A stretch of DNA of 62,759 bases, counting the filler, from Octopus bimaculoides (Eukaryota): NCBI RefSeq assembly GCF_001194135.2. It is 5 parts of 5 records of this genome, joined end to end, with 100 filler letters (N's around TTAATTAATTAA, not from the genome) between each part and the next. Parts side by side here need not be neighbours in the genome. Positions count along the whole stretch, not along the records: positions 26,660 to 53,516 come from NC_068981.1; 4 more parts are not named here. One strand, 5' to 3'. Under the pieces are notes generated by a model. That model was not told where the DNA came from. It made no database searches and saw only the letters and a program-made list of their open reading frames with translations. The position numbers were made by a program, and so were the translations under genes. Position 1 is the stretch's first letter. Every line of letters starts with the position of its first letter. Shown piece by piece: positions 27,652 to 41,249 of this stretch.

Positions 27652-27884
27652 NNNNNNNNNNNNNNNNNNNNNNNNNNNNNNNNNNNNNNNNNNNNNNNNN
27701 NNNNNNNNNNNNNNNNNNNNNNNNNNNNNNNNNNNNNNNNNNNNNNNNNNNNNNNNNNNNNNNNNNNNNNNNNNNNNNNNNNNNNNNNNNNNNNNNNNNN
27801 NNNNNNNNNNNNNNNNNNNNNNNNNNNNNNNNNNNNNNNNNNNNNNNNNNNNNNNNNNNNNNNNNNNNNNNNNNNNNNNNNNNN

Positions 27885-27919
<35 letters not shown>

Positions 27920-27925
27920 GCAGAC

Positions 27926-27973
<48 letters not shown>

Positions 27974-28274
27974 GGTTATAACACATAAACGTATAAAATA
28001 CATACCAATATTCATTGTATAAAATATATAAAATAGCGTAAGCAATGGCGCAATAGAAAATGAAGTGTGTGAATGAGAGTAAGGGCGATAGAAGAAAGTC
28101 TAATGACACACATACCATGGACAGAACTGTATCATCTGACCAAATGGAAGTATAAAGCGGAGAACTTCAAACAATAAAACATACGACGATCAAAATTTTG
28201 CAACGGGGTTTGTGTATTATCTTATTTGGTAATTGTATTTTTGTTTTTTAAATGACCTTATTTTGAGAGAAATA

Positions 28275-28495
28275 ATGGTTTCAAATTTTGGCACAAAGCC
28301 AACAGATTATGAGGTGGTGATACGTCGATTACATTGACCATAGTCTTGTTTAAGAGGTACATATTTTATCGACTGTGAAAGAAAAGACGGTAAAGGCAAC
28401 CGTGGCATGATTTGAGCGCAGGACGCAAATAGTTTGAACAATTGCCCCTAAGAGTTTTGTCCTACGCACTGATGATTCTCTTCGCTCATCTCTTG
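28275..28495 (-). mobile_element. SINE family C, degenerate
   Basis: Tail atggtttcaaattttggcacaaagcc, then gtcgattacattgacc and ggtacatattttatcgac. Confidence 0.7.
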
Positions 28496-28521
28496 AAATT
28501 TGAGAAAGAGTAATCCTTTCT

Positions 28522-28728
28522 ACTATAGGCATAAGACCTGAAAATTGCTGGGTGGGACCTAATCGATTATACCGACAGCAATACGTAACCGATACTTATT
28601 TCATCGACGACAAAAGGATAAAAAGTAAATTCGACCTCGTCGGCATTTGAACTCATACCGTAAAGACGGACGAAAGGAAGCTAATCTTTTGGCTCGTCGA
28701 GTTAACAATTTTGCCAGCTAGCCGCCTT
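28522..28728 (-). mobile_element. SINE family C
   Basis: taggcataagacctgaaaatt...gacctcgtcggcatttgaactc...gccagctagccgcc. Confidence 0.8.
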
Positions 28729-28779
28729 ATTTCGAGAATAGAAAGAACAATAAAAATTGTCAAATATTGGTCTACTGTT

Positions 28780-29070
28780 TAGAGATTACACGGATCATGG
28801 GGACTACTTAGATACATAATCAATAGTTTGCTTAAAAGGTTTCAACTCATATACGCTTCAGAGTTCTATTGTACGTCTCATTTGGGCATCGTCTACAATG
28901 GTTTATGTTGGATCGAGCTTTCTGAGTAAGACTATGAAAAAGAGAAATTTGTTGAAGTGGGCCGGAGAGGTTGTAGCCGTTATTGGTTGGTAGATCTGTC
29001 TTTCATTTTAACATTACTGTCTAGTTATAAGGTATTCTTTGTACGATCAACTCCATTACAAACATTAACA
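28780..29070 (-). mobile_element. Possible highly degenerate CR1/L2-like reverse transcriptase remnant
   Basis: Minus frames give, in the expected order, KEYLITRQ, SGPL / FLFFI, IVDDAQMRRTI and FKQTIDYVSK*. These resemble KSFLxxRxQ, LGPLLFLIFI, FADDT and LQxDLDxVxxW. Several stops and frameshifts. Confidence 0.3.
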
Positions 29071-29987
29071 CCGTAAATTAATACATTCATAGTGTTATAA
29101 TTTCACAGCGCAAGCGATACTGCTTGATTTGTAAGTTTATTGAAAATACCCTTAAATTTGACTTCGTCTATACCGTATTGCTTCTTACGAGATATTTACA
29201 TCTGGCCCATGCTCTCCATAATGTAAGATTTGCCCTTATTGAATACAGAACAACCCCCTGATGTTACTTATCTACGACGTGAGGCCGTGATTAGAGGAAA
29301 ATCTAGCATATTTTATAGGAGATCGAGTCACGCTGTAAACACTTTCAATTTAGAACGGTTTGTAGATGCAATTTATGTAATATATAATAGATATTGATAT
29401 GATTCACAGCTGCATGTCTGGTGCACTGATGCACTTATTCTAGCATATAAGATACAAAATACTATATTTAGTCATTTTAATCCCTTATGAGACAGTATTC
29501 GCACGTTAGTTAAAAGATCATAGCAGTGATATTTATAGACTGAAAGTTTTCAATGTTACTCACCTGCTATGTTATTTGTTACCAAGAATTACAACTAGTT
29601 TGATGGCTGGAACAAGACGAGACAATAAGAGGCTTTTTTTTTTTAGTTAATTGTCCTTTGACCATACAACTTTTGGTAAGTAGATTGAAAATAGATTTGC
29701 TTTGCTTTTTCAGTAAGTTCCCAATATGGGGGTATCCGGATATGGCGATAGAAAATGTAATATTTTAATTATTTTTATCAGCAAAATTACACGGATGCTG
29801 AAAAAAAAAAAACTGTAATGAAAATAAAAGGAATGCTTTCATGATGCTATAAAGTAATAAGGCATAAAATCACACGAAAGACACACAAAAAAAAAAACGT
29901 TGTTACAGTTTAAAGGTTAATATTATTTATTTCTAAAACAATCTCCATCTGTACCAGCATACATCTACTTATACATATACATACATA

Positions 29988-30022
<35 letters not shown>

Positions 30023-31739
30023 AAGATGCTATCAATTTCGATTGTCGAATAACTTGAACATACAGTGAGAGATATCATCATAGCATAAAACTTGTAACAT
30101 CAATCAGAGATAAAAGAAGGCATATTTTAATGGATATTTTACTGTGAATGCACTAATAGGCTAAAGCATCCTATATTATTATGATTGATAGTTATAAACA
30201 TTGTATCGTTAATATAAGAAGCAAATGTAGTATTTAAATTTATGGGTAACACGCCTCAGTTGGTTACAAAATCAATTTTAAATCTAAAGGAAACATTAAT
30301 TCCATATCGTCTCCTGTGAATTAGAGTACTGATTTATGCCCATATTTGTAAACAGATTAGATCGATATATATATATATATANNNNNNNNNNATATATAAA
30401 TATATATATATATATATATACATACATACACACACGTTGTTATACACAAACGTATATGTATAGCGTATATATGTGTGTATGTATATGTATAGTTGTAGTA
30501 TGTACATTGTATGTTTATATTCATGTAAATATATATATATATGCGCATACTCATACATGCTCACACATACAGAGTGAAATTCAAACTCGGTTGCCTTTTG
30601 AAAAACATCGAATTCTCGGTGGTGCAGAAATTTCTAGACATTTCATTTAAAGTTAAAATTAAATGCGAGATTCTTATTGGATGAGAAAATAAACTTTCAA
30701 CTTTTCTTTTACAAGATCTATGTGAGATCAATCTCGTTCGGGTAGCATTATAGCAATTTTGGATGAATTTAATTAAAGTTTTTGATGACTAATCTGGAAT
30801 TTAAAACCGTGAAACAAAAAAAGAAAAAAAGAAAATAACGTGAATGCACGTTTATGTTTTAAAGAAAAAAATATCTGTTTGTCCAAACGTAAATGACTTT
30901 GAATTCGCCTTTTTTGAAAAATCCTCTGTCATATAATTCATTTGCCATTGTACTTAGACTTCGTTTTAAAATATCAGTGTGAACTTTAGTAGCTGCAGTG
31001 TATTCAAGATCAGTTCTCATCGAGCGCATCTTGATCGATAAGACCTACAGAATAATAAATAAATTAATAAAGGAATAAATAAATAAATAAATAAATAAGT
31101 AAAATAGTTGGGTGATTTAAGATGGTAGAATAAAATTTAATGGAGATTTGTATGATGTTTCACACAGGTTGAGCAATGGATAGAGTTCTTCGTGAGGTCG
31201 TATAAACATAAAATGTTGTTGATACTTAACCTTAGGCTATACCTTCTTACGTACGCACATACATGCATACGTACGTATGTTTATCGCGGAAAATGGTGTC
31301 AAAATCAGCTCTCATTCATTTAAGTTATTGGTTAAGATATTTGCTATTTCAAGAGCGCCGATCAACTTCGTGGCTATGGAGGATAATTTTAAAACGAATG
31401 CTCTGTCAGATCGTTGAACGGCTACATTGCAACTTCCTTAGCAAGGGCTACGTGCATCACAAGGTGTTTTTTTTTCCCTGGGAAAATACAAAGGTAGTTT
31501 CCCACTGTCTTCGTTTTTCTTCATAATACAATATATTTTTGTCTGTACACAGTACGGAGAGAGCAAGAGAAGAAACGTCCCAACAGATACTTTTTTTTTT
31601 TTATCAAATCCCGGAAGTATGAAGAGCACAACTGATATCGATGGGATTTTAACTCCGAAACCCCGAACAAATATTGAGAGACGCTTTAACGGTTCAAGTC
31701 GTAGTTTCTTAGACACGTGATTGGACTGGGTGAGATTGA

Positions 31740-31860
31740 ATTGCCTATATTTAGTATACTGCAGGACGAAGGCCTCATCATGTTTTCTCTACCAAGCACA
31801 TTCTGATGTGGAGGCAGCGAATTTCAGCTTGAGATAATATTAGTTTGATGAGCCTACTCT
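31740..31860 (-). mobile_element. RTE-like LINE extreme 3' fragment
   Basis: Minus strand gatgaggccttcgtcctgcagtatact encodes DEAFVLQYT, like the EAFVLQWT C-terminus of RTE ORFs. Confidence 0.45.
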
Positions 31861-31914
31861 CCACACTTGCTCGACAAGGCTTGGCAGAAGGGTACAGTTT
31901 TTATAGTGATGCCT

Positions 31915-32092
31915 AGGATTAGTTAAGTCGATTACATCGATCTCAGGATTCAACTGGTACTTAATTTATCGATCACGAAAGAATGAAATGCAAAGTCGAC
32001 GTCGGGGGAAACTGAACTCTGAACGTAAAAATAGACGAAATGCCGCTAAGCATTTCGCCCAGCGTGGTAGCGATTCTGCCAGATCGTGGCCA
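31915..32092 (-). mobile_element. SINE family C
   Basis: aagtcgattacatcgatc...ctggtacttaatttatcga...gacgaaatgccgctaagcatttcgcccagc. Confidence 0.85.
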
Positions 32093-32514
32093 TAATGTGA
32101 GAACATGTTTAATCAAAATGAAAAACTCGAGATTCAGGACTTCGTAAGAGAAAAAGTGTAATCTGCTTTCATTCCAAGAACTTATATTTGCAATCAAATT
32201 ATATACACTCTCGCTGTTTCTCTATGTTCTACTACTTAAAGTGTTCTGTCTATATTTTTATCTATTTTCGGTTATACGTATTTTTCTCAGCAGCAGTTTA
32301 TTCAATTTCTTGTGCAATACATGTTGCCCAGAAACTTTAGTAGACACTAAAGTTTTGATCAGTAGTGTATCTACGACTATAATAAACTACCTACAAAGAT
32401 AAAAAAAAGAAAACGTGTATCGACTTCGGCATTTGACTGGTACTTATTTTATCGATCATGGAATGGAAGAAACGCGAAGCTGACGAACTACATTAACAAA
32501 ATGACAATAAAGAC

Positions 32515-32575
<61 letters not shown>

Positions 32576-33629
32576 ACGCACAGACACGCGCGTGCAAACA
32601 CTGACAAGCACGTACACTAACTAAAGTAATACTAATAGCACAAATAACAGCAAGGAAATCAAAATGGACACCATAAAGTACAATATTGACAGCAACATCA
32701 GCATCAACACCAGTAGTAACATCAACAAGAACAATATAAGTTTCGCAAGGAAATATTTACGTAATATTCCGCGTGATCACAACTAGCAAGAGTATTCAGA
32801 AGTTACTAAAAAGAAATACACGTTTGGTGAGACAGATGACGTTGAACTAATTTTAAAGGTAGGCAGTGTGATGTTGAGGTGTTTATGCTTCTACTGAATC
32901 TCTCAACTTACTTTCAGTGACATAGTTTCAACCATCATTTGAGACTAACCTATTTCGCACTCGCTTAAGTTATTTGTGCTTTGAAGATATGGATGAATGT
33001 TGCACTAAGTCTCTGTTTATCTAAAGCAGACGATCAAATGTAAACCAATAATTGTAATCACTTAAAACAGATTGTTCGAGATCAAGTGTTCAGATTGTAA
33101 ATGAGATGAGATCGTAACTAGTTCCGGTCTGTTGTTGAAACTATGTTCCTTGTCTATTTAACCTCTAAGCAATTCGATTTTCCTACGCCATTAAATCTAA
33201 TTAGTGATTCAATCATCACTTCATCGGCATGGACAAAGAAGATGGAGCCTCGATGATGATGTCAGAATAATATTGAAATAGGTCGGCAACAATTAAACTA
33301 TTATAAATACTTGACTGATATTTTTTTCCCCAGCACGCCGATATTTCAATTTAACATTTTAAAATTTCTATTCATTAAATGTCATTATTAATTTAGCAAT
33401 TATTTGCATGTAAATGATTTCTCTGAGCTATATATTTTCAAAACAATATCCTTCTCTTAGATCAACCAATGTACATTTGCATAATTATATTTTTATCGCT
33501 ATTTCTGCAAGAGTTGGGATCGTGTTTCGCTGAGAAATTAAGAATAAAATCGAATCATGCCAACTAGTACCTCGTAATTGACTATAAAAGTGTGAGTAAC
33601 AATATCGACTAAACAGTTTAACCTCAAAT

Positions 33630-33985
33630 TCATCTTCATCCGAGGTTTCATCACCCCTGAAGGAGAAACCTCTTCCCTGGACTCTTTTCACTTCTGTCTG
33701 CCTCTGGCCACTCGTGGCCGTGTTGGCCCCAGATAGTGAGTGGGATCATCTCGCCATGTTGTCGTTAATCGGCCTCTTGATCTTGTCCATTGCCTTGGTG
33801 TACATTCCATCACCCTGATTTTCCATCTCTTTTCCTTCAGTTCCTCGATGCGGCCAGCCCAACTATATTCGCTCTCCCGAGCTCTCAAAACTACCATGAT
33901 GAACGCCCTCGGCAAATGGAATGAATCATGTTCGGTATCACATTGCTATTGCAAGACAGGATAAACAACGGCTGCATTCGACAGA
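33630..33985 (-). mobile_element. RTE-clade LINE ORF C-terminal remnant
   Basis: YSWAGRIEELKEKRWKIRVMECTPRQWTRSRGRLTTTWRDD...RVARGRQK matches WAGHxxR...RW...W.PR..KR.RGRP..RW.DD. Upstream NAAVVYPVLQ*QCDT resembles the PVLxYGxETW motif. Confidence 0.8.
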
Positions 33986-34921
33986 TGACTAGAGTCAACG
34001 ACGTTGATAAAAATAATGAAGTGATTTGTTTTAGTTTCGCTGTTATTTTCCATGTCATTGTCATCGTTATTGGTTTTTATATTTTAGTTCATGAGTTGGT
34101 ATTGTTAAACACCGGTCAACTGAGAATGAGCAGATTTATGATCACAAGCATTCTAGCCATGGCCACCTACTTATCTGAAAATGGTTATCTGATATGATAA
34201 TATATGCTGCCTTTGTTTTAAACTCTTTACTGGGTGATTTCAAATAAGTTTTCTGTTATTTTTACAGGTTGAAAGACAACATAGAAGCCACAACATTCCA
34301 TTTCTCTACTTCAGATTAATAAGAACCAAAACCCAAGGAAACAAAATAAACAATTAACTTAACTTTTATAATTTAATCCCACGTATATATCTTGATTAAG
34401 CAAATACATTTTTCAGAGATTGCATATCTGGGTCTACTATTTAAAAGTTAGCATTCCTTTCTAACATAGTGATGAGTAATTATAGGAAGATTTGGCTGTT
34501 GTTGTTAGCAGAAGGCTCAACCATGTACGCAAAGGCCTCTCTCACTGTCTCATAAACAGTTAAATATAGATATAAGTTAATCCAGCCTAGTTCAACTTAA
34601 TAATCATCAAAGGTAATAAGAAGTAGTAACCTAAGGCTATTTTAGCACTATCGTTCTTTCTTACTCAGCTGGNNNNNNNNNNGGGGGGGAGCTTGAATAT
34701 GTGGTGTTCATGATTTCCTCACCACCAATGGCATTAGCGTATTAACAACGTAGCTCAAATGAAAATTGCTCCAAATCGGAAATCGAAACCGGACACAGCG
34801 GACGCGTCGCAACGGGAGACATTATTCATTCAACGCTAGTTTACGTACAATACGCTACACGGAACTGATTGCACACGCATACGCAGGTATATACATATAC
34901 ATACACGGAAATACATAAAAA

Positions 34922-34967
<46 letters not shown>

Positions 34968-35765
34968 NNNNNNNNNNNNNNNNNNNNNNNNNNNNNNNNN
35001 NNNNNNNNNNNNNNNNNNNNNNNNNNNNNNNNNNNNNNNNNNNNNNNNNNNNNNNNNNNNNNNNNNNNNNNNNNNNNNNNNNNNNNNNNNNNNNNNNNNN
35101 NNNNNNNNNNNNNNNNNNNNNNNNNNNNNNNNNNNNNNNNNNNNNNNNNNNNNNNNNNNNNNNNNNNNNNNNNNNNNNNNNNNNNNNNNNNNNNNNNNNN
35201 NNNNNNNNNNNNNNNNNNNNNNNNNNNNNNNNNNNNNNNNNNNNNNNNNNNNNNNNNNNNNNNNNNNNNNNNNNNNNNNNNNNNNNNNNNNNNNNNNNNN
35301 NNNNNNNNNNNNNNNNNNNNNNNNNNNNNNNNNNNNNNNNNNNNNNNNNNNNNNNNNNNNNNNNNNNNNNNNNNNNNNNNNNNNNNNNNNNNNNNNNNNN
35401 NNNNNNNNNNNNNNNNNNNNNNNNNNNNNNNNNNNNNNNNNNNNNNNNNNNNNNNNNNNNNNNNNNNNNNNNNNNNNNNNNNNNNNNNNNNNNNNNNNNN
35501 NNNNNNNNNNNNNNNNNNNNNNNNNNNNNNNNNNNNNNNNNNNNNNNNNNNNNNNNNNNNNNNNNNNNNNNNNNNNNNNNNNNNNNNNNNNNNNTATACA
35601 TATACATATATATATATATGGCCGGTACATGATATTGTGCGTTTCAATGTGGAGAATGACATAAAAACTGGATGTGAAGGGAGAGAGAAGAAAGCGAAAG
35701 GAGGAAGAGATAACGATAGGTTGAAAGAAAAGGGCGAGAAATAAAGAAAACATAAAGAAACAATT

Positions 35766-35819
<54 letters not shown>

Positions 35820-35862
35820 AATTTTGCATGTTCCGTTTGACGGCTATTTTTCTCACCATCGG

Positions 35863-35925
<63 letters not shown>

Positions 35926-36560
35926 TTTCATTAACAATGGCAACAGCATTAGCGTCATCACCGTCATCGTTGTCGTCTTGTCGCCGTGGACATCAATGTC
36001 GTCGTCGTCGTTGTTTTCATTATCGTCATCGTCATCATCATCGTCACTGTAATAATCAACATCATCATCATCATCATCATCATCATCATTATCGTCGACA
36101 TCATCGTCATCATCATCATCAAAAATAAAAGATAAACTAACAAAAAATAAACAGCTAACCACAAGGATAAAATAAATAGAAAAATAGAACAAATATACAC
36201 ATAAAACAACTACAACAACAAATATAACAAGTGAAAGTACAACAACAAGAAATCGGCAATAATAATCATTTCTTTGCTAGCCAGAAGGACAACATAAAAA
36301 TAATAACAGTAACAGCATAAAAATAGCAATAGCAAAAACAACAACAAAATCAGTAACAAGAACAATCCCATCAACAGCAGCAACAACAGCAGCCACAGCA
36401 GCAGCAGCAGCAGCGAAAAGAACGGAATGTAAACAGCAGCCATGTTGAACAACAATAAAGACAACAACGCTTGCAAAAGTAGTAAAAACAAGCGCTAAAA
36501 CAACCCAATAACAACGCTATAAAATAAAACCAGCAACAACAACACTAAAGAAGACAGCAG
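35766..36560. repeat. (GTA)n, (CAT)n and degenerate AAC/AGC triplet tracts
   Basis: Direct reading. Confidence 0.9.
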
Positions 36561-38027
36561 CAGAAAGTCAGTTGGTCATTTCATGTGTCTTGACCCTCCT
36601 GTCTGCAGCCTGTTAGGCTTAAATTTATACGGGCCTTCCTTAAACACATCATAAATCAACGGTGTGCGCATGTCCGGTTGCCGGAAACTATCTCAAGGAT
36701 CTGAGCCAAGAACGAATGGAAAGGTGCGTGCGTTAGTGAGACATTTATATATGTGTGTGTGTGTGTGTGTGTGAGTGTCGTATATAGGTGTAAATGTGCG
36801 TACAGATTTATGCGTATTTGTTCTGTCTGTATGGTTTTATCAAAGATAAACACGGATAGATTATCAATACAGACGTGGATGCGTACGAACATACATACAT
36901 GCATACATACATACATACATACATACATACGCGCATAAACGCATCCATCTATCCATCCAACATAAATGTGTGTGTGTGTGTGCCGATTTATGTATGCGTG
37001 TATGGATTTGTGTGGTTAGATGAGATACATAAACATATCTGTCTACGTCTGTTATCTAACTACATAGACACACACAAATATATAGAATATACTGTATATG
37101 TATGTATGTATGTATGTATGTATGCATGCATGCATGTATGTATGTATGTATGTATGTACGTATGTATGTTTTATGTCTCAAGCTACTATCTAGCACTTTC
37201 GGATGATCTCTACTCAACCGCTACACAACTGCTACTCGACTGCTACTCAACACTCCTACCACGACCAGACAACCTCTATTTATATGTCTTGGAAAATCCT
37301 ACTTCTTCGCCTGGGGGCGTCGGCACACCAGTATGTATGCATGTATATGTATATGTGTATGTATAAAAGCAGTTGAATCAATATTAGATTGAAATATTTA
37401 TGTGGATTTCATTTATACTGTTTATAGAAACCCAGAACGGCTGCATTATTTCCAGTATTAAGAGAAACTTCTCTTCAGAAACATTGTGTTGAAAATATAG
37501 ATCGTTCAGAATGCGGTTAGGAGCTTAGAAGAGGTGTGTAACACCGGTGTTTCAGCTTCATTTTACCTCGTCAGTAACTGAAACCCGCAGTCTTTTTGAG
37601 CTAAATCTGAGTTTTCATTCCGGTATGGAAATCAAGAAACACATCCTTTGTTGACTCGTGCGGAAGTTTGCTGGATTTAAGTTAAAATCAATAAATGCTC
37701 TAGCAGCAGCATTAGATTCGGGTATTCGGTGAGTTGGCTCTTACGGAGTTAATTCAAGTAGAAGTAGGGTTTAAAAGAAGTTCCGTGGGAGATTTTTTTG
37801 TTTTCAAAATATACAAATCAGTAAAGAGTGTGACTGCATTACACAAGGTGCAGAAATGAACTTGGTGGTTTTGTCGCAACTGCTTAATTCGGTGTTGAAG
37901 TTGCGTCACTTGCTGAAAAACTCTGATATTTTTTTCTAAATAACATTTTCTATTTTAAATACCGTTCAGTATAATGCATTGAGCAGAAATGGCATTGCCA
38001 TATACCATTTATGTATGGACTACTCGC

Positions 38028-38165
38028 CTGGTACTTAATTTATCGACCCCGAAAGGATGAAAGGCAAAGTCGACCTCGGCGGAATTTGAACTCAGAACGT
38101 AGCGGCAGACGAAATACCGCTAAGCATTTCGTCCGGCGTGCTAACGTTTCTACCAGCTTGCCGCC
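38028..38165 (-). mobile_element. SINE family C, young and 3'-truncated
   Basis: Close match to the other young C copies: gaccccgaaaggatgaaaggcaaagtcgacctcggcggaatttgaactcagaacgtagcggcagacgaaataccgctaagc. Confidence 0.9.
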
Positions 38166-38301
38166 ATACATATATACTATTTTACTATTTTACCATTTTA
38201 CTTGTTTCAGTCTTTTGACTGNNNNNNNNNNNNNNNNNNNNNNNNNNNNNNNNNNNNNNNNNNNNNTGCTAACGTTTCTACCAGCTTGCCGCCATACATA
38301 T

Positions 38302-38727
38302 ATACTATTTTACTATTTTACTATTTTACTTGTTTCAGTCTTTTGACTGTGGCCATGCTGGAGCACCACCTTTAGTCGAGCAAATCGACCCCATGACTTA
38401 TTCTTTAGAAGCCTAGTACTTATTCTATCGGTCTCTTTTGCCGAACCGCTAAGTTACGGGGACATAAACACACCAGCATCGGTTGTCAAGCGATGTTGGG
38501 GGGGGAAAAAGACAGACACACAAACACATACACACATACATACATACATATATATATATACATACATACGACGGGCTTCTTTCAGTTTCCGTCTACCAAA
38601 TCCACTCACAAGGCTTTGGTCGGCCCGAGGCTATAGTAGAAGACACTTGCCCAAGATGCTACGCAGTGGGACTGAACCCGGGACCATGTGGTTGGTAAGC
38701 AAGCTACTTACCACACAGCCACTCCTA
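38302..38727 (-). mobile_element. SINE family B, full length
   Basis: Reverse complement of 21614-22061, with a (tactattt)n tail. Confidence 0.9.
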
Positions 38728-38742
38728 CATATATGCACATAC

Positions 38743-38926
38743 AGATTTCTATATAAGTGTATGTGTCTATGCATACATAATGTTTGTTTTGTGCAGGAGT
38801 TTCTATGTAAAACCAATTTAACATTAAACTGAAGGATTACTCAATACGGTTTGTAGAGTATATACAAATTTTACAAGAAAAAGGTGACCGAAACACAAGG
38901 TTATTGCTTGCTTGCCTTTATCATAT
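38743..38926 (+). repeat. Left arm of a ~185-bp inverted repeat
   Basis: Reverse complement of 40524-40711 at roughly 90% identity by eye. Confidence 0.9.
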
Positions 38927-39834
38927 TGTGTGTGAGTTTGTGTGCGTGTCATGTGTTTGCGCGTATGTGTGTTTTGCGAATGTGTTTGTGTATGTTTATG
39001 CGTATATCTATGTGTACAAGTATAAAGATATGCACAACATATATATATATCTATGTATGAATGTATGTATGTATGTATGTATGTGTGTATGTGTGTATGT
39101 ATGTATGTATGTATGTATGTGTGAGTGTTTAATGTGAATGCCTATTTTATGTACGATAGTGTCAATATGTGGACATGGCTTTGCTTGTATGTATGTATGT
39201 ATGTTTGTTTGTAAATATTTGCTTCTACAAATCTGCATTATAATACGTGTCACACATGACTGTGAGTTTGTCTATTTTGCGGTTGAAGAATGGGCACGCA
39301 TATGCATTTATGTATGAGTGTGTATGGACATCTGTATGTATTCGTGTGTGCGATTGTGTGTCTTGCTGTATGTGTGTGTGAGTGTGCGTGATTGTGTCTG
39401 TGTGTGAGCGTATATTAATGCGTGTTTGTGTAGCCAAGCGTATCACAGTATACGTCCGTTGAGGAGTTTGCGTGGGTGTTTTATTACGAGTGTCAATATA
39501 TATGTATGATTGTATGTTATGAGGAAACGGAAAGAAAAACAAAGTGTGGGCGTTTAGGGGCTGTTTGGAGAAGGTTGGAAGCACTTGAAGGGGAATGAAT
39601 GGAAAGATGGTGATGGTGGTTTGAGGAAGCAGAGAGAAACCAAGGGCCGACACCAACCGTGTGCGGTCATCCGTATTCAAGCTATGGCGAGTTTATCGGT
39701 CCCATTTGGTTTACAATTTGATGTCATGAATAAGAAAAAGAAACACATAAATAAATAGCTCAGCAAACATAAAATACAAGAATAATATTAACCGCAAAAC
39801 ACAGTTTCCCTTCGCACGCACACATGCTAAATAC

Positions 39835-39886
<52 letters not shown>

Positions 39887-39987
39887 GTGTATACATGAAT
39901 TTATATGTATGTATATGTATATATATGTGTATGTATATATATACATATATATATATATATATGTGTGTGTGTATGTGTGTGTGTGTG

Positions 39988-40046
<59 letters not shown>

Positions 40047-40057
40047 GAATGTATATG

Positions 40058-40103
<46 letters not shown>

Positions 40104-40120
40104 AGTAATGTATATGTATA

Positions 40121-40489
40121 TTGTTGTTGGCATCCTTTTGTCTCGGTAGACGATGGAGTTACGCATAAACTAACCCAGTCTGGTTTTCACATTTCATGTC
40201 CTCTCCAGTTTCCTCTCCAGTTTTGCGCAGGCCTGGGCTAGATGTAAGAAAATCCTGGGTAGCCTAATCGTCAGGATTCCTCTCTCGACCTTGCTGCCGC
40301 AGTCCAAAGGAGAGCAGAGCATTACGTTTAGCACCAGCTTAGTTACAGGAGCTGCCGGAAGAGTGTCGAGTCGAACACTAAACTGCGTACGGGACTCCAC
40401 TCCAGATTTCTTTGATGGTTATCTCTTTTCCGTAACCCTGGATAGGGGCCCATACCTGCTACTGTCATCCGGAGCCAGCTAACCCCCAT
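40121..40489 (-). mobile_element. Short non-coding retroelement, probably RTE-derived (5'UTR-like plus 3' end)
   Basis: Minus strand ends catcgtctaccgagacaaaaggatgcc-aacaacaa, i.e. a stem-loop, GGATGCC and an (AAC)n tail. GC-rich body with no ORF. RTE assignment is from memory. Confidence 0.5.
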
Positions 40490-40523
40490 GTATATGAATG
40501 TATATGTATATATAGGTGGATAT

Positions 40524-40711
40524 ATGATAAAGGCAAGCAAGCAAGCAATAACCTTGTGTTTCGGTCACCTTTTTCTTGTAAATTTTGTATATACTCTACA
40601 AACAGTATTGAGTAATCCTTCAGGTTAATGTTAAATTGGTCTTATATATAAACTGCTGCACAAAACAAACATTATGTATGCATAGCCACATACAATTATA
40701 TACAAATTCTG
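40524..40711 (-). repeat. Right arm of the ~185-bp inverted repeat
   Basis: See 38743-38926. Confidence 0.9.
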
Positions 40712-41121
40712 GTGGTGTGTATATATGTATATATATATATATATNNNNNNNNNNNNNNNNNNNNNNNNNNNNNNNNNNNNNNNNNNNNNNNNNNNNNNNN
40801 NNNNNNNNNNNNNNNNNNNNNNNNNNNNNNNNNNNNNNNNNNNNNNNNNNNNNNNNNNNNNNNNNNNNNNNNNNNNNNNNNNNNNNNNNNNNNNNNNNNN
40901 NNNNNNNNNNNNNNNNNNNNNNNNNNNNNNNNNNNNNNNNNNNNNNNNNNNNNNNNNNNNNNNNNNNNNNNNNNNNNNNNNNNNNNNNNNNNNNNNNNNN
41001 NNNNNNNNNNNNNNNNNNNNNNNNNNNNNNNNNNNNNNNNNNNNNNNNNNNNNNNNNNNNNNNNNNNNNNNNNNNNNNNNNNNNNNNNNNNNNNNNNNNN
41101 NNNNNNNNNNNNNNNNNNNNN

Positions 41122-41152
<31 letters not shown>

Positions 41153-41182
41153 GTACGTATGTATATAGACAGACAGACAGAC

Positions 41183-41249
<67 letters not shown>

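Noticed and set aside
38140-38350. About 80-bp tandem duplication of a SINE junction
   Set aside because: Near-identical copies sit on either side of a 45-N gap; likely an assembly artefact.
40400-40490. HDV-like ribozyme fold
   Set aside because: Tried both strands by hand. P3 does not pair, or the topology is wrong.
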